Positions 63,313 through 64,000 of a DNA stretch of 64,000 nt are shown here, in pieces. Position 1 is the first letter of the stretch; every line of letters starts with the position of its first letter. A program made the translations under genes and the position numbers. Under the pieces are notes generated by a model. It saw only the letters and a program-made list of their open reading frames with translations. It was not told where the DNA came from and made no database searches. The stretch covers positions 15,252,001-15,316,000 of the forward strand of contig JBHGNT010000008.1 of assembly GCA_043228905.1 (NCBI GenBank), in the 5' to 3' direction. This DNA is from Azolla caroliniana (Eukaryota; Plantae; Polypodiophyta).

Positions 63313-64000
63313 CCTGTGCCGGTCGGTCACGGTCCATTCGCCGCCAGCGTTCGTCTTCTTCATCCCGGTTGTTGCGTGGCTCAATTTGTCGGACGGGCGG
63401 TGCTTGCCGAGTCAACAGGTTATACTCGCACCTATCCGTCGTATGGCTTTTGGACTGACAGATTACACATTGCGTCCTCATAGTGCATTCTAGAGCCGAG
63501 TGTCCGGAATTCAAGCAGGTTGTGCACTGTATTGCTTGCCGAAACCAGAGGTCTTCATCGGACGGTAACGCCCGGTTAAGTGCGCCCAGTGTGAGCTAGG
63601 AGCTTGTCTTTTCCATCTCTTTCACCCGGTCAATGACCTGGTCGATGGTACTTGTACGGAAATCGATTACCATGCAAACCGTGCGTAGGGGTTCCCGGAG
63701 CGCGTTTAGGAATATCGTTCGTAATTCCTCCTCCGGGGGTGCACGGGTAAGCTGACTATGCATCCGTTGAAACCGGATGACAAATTGGGGAATGCTCTCC
63801 CCTGCCTCTTGCCGGAAAGTATAAAATAAGCCTGCCATTACGGTCTGGTCCACCTCCTTTTGAAAGAAATGCATGAATTTAGCTTTTAAATCTGCAAAGG
63901 TGTTGATGGTAGACGGGTCCTGCGTCCGGCGCCATCTTGCTGCCGGTCCCTCCAATGTGACGCCAAACTCTGCTATCTTAGAGCGTTCTTCTTCCTCCGG

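Larger units (their letters stand above)
54778..64000 (-). mobile_element. Non-chromovirus-type Ty3/Gypsy with an extra 3' ORF; runs off the window end
   Basis: LTR 54778-55210 (TGTTA..TAACA). gag 63596-63955; protease IDGGSG; RT FLDGFSGYNQI/FLDD; RNase H VDAS; integrase WGLDFVGP..GPY, with no chromodomain. Confidence 0.95.

Overview
Eukaryotic, gene-free nest of transposable elements, most likely from a non-seed land plant (inferred from a Tcn1-type gag and the Copia/Gypsy types present). Most of the window is degenerate Copia and Gypsy LTR retrotransposons plus LINE fragments, nested several layers deep. The main result appears after removing two nested LTR elements. A ~9.0 kb cut-and-paste DNA transposon spans 24220-44058, with 29-bp TIRs and a 4-bp CTAC target duplication. 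It carries two divergent genes: a Sola-like transposase and a spliced gene for a ParB-like domain fused to a beta-class N6-adenine/N4-cytosine DNA methyltransferase (DIPY ... QKP ... LDLFSSTGTT). Intron 1 of that gene holds five 25-bp palindromes at an exact 51-bp period. Secondary observations: tRNA-like A/B-box modules sit upstream of and divergent from the TATA box in LTRs of two Gypsy lineages; one Gypsy element has a tRNA-Arg 3'-end sequence where its polypurine tract should be; and there is a Gag-only non-autonomous family, a Tf1-type self-priming signal and a GGAUUUU -1 frameshift site. All calls are from reading the sequence by eye; no database search was run.
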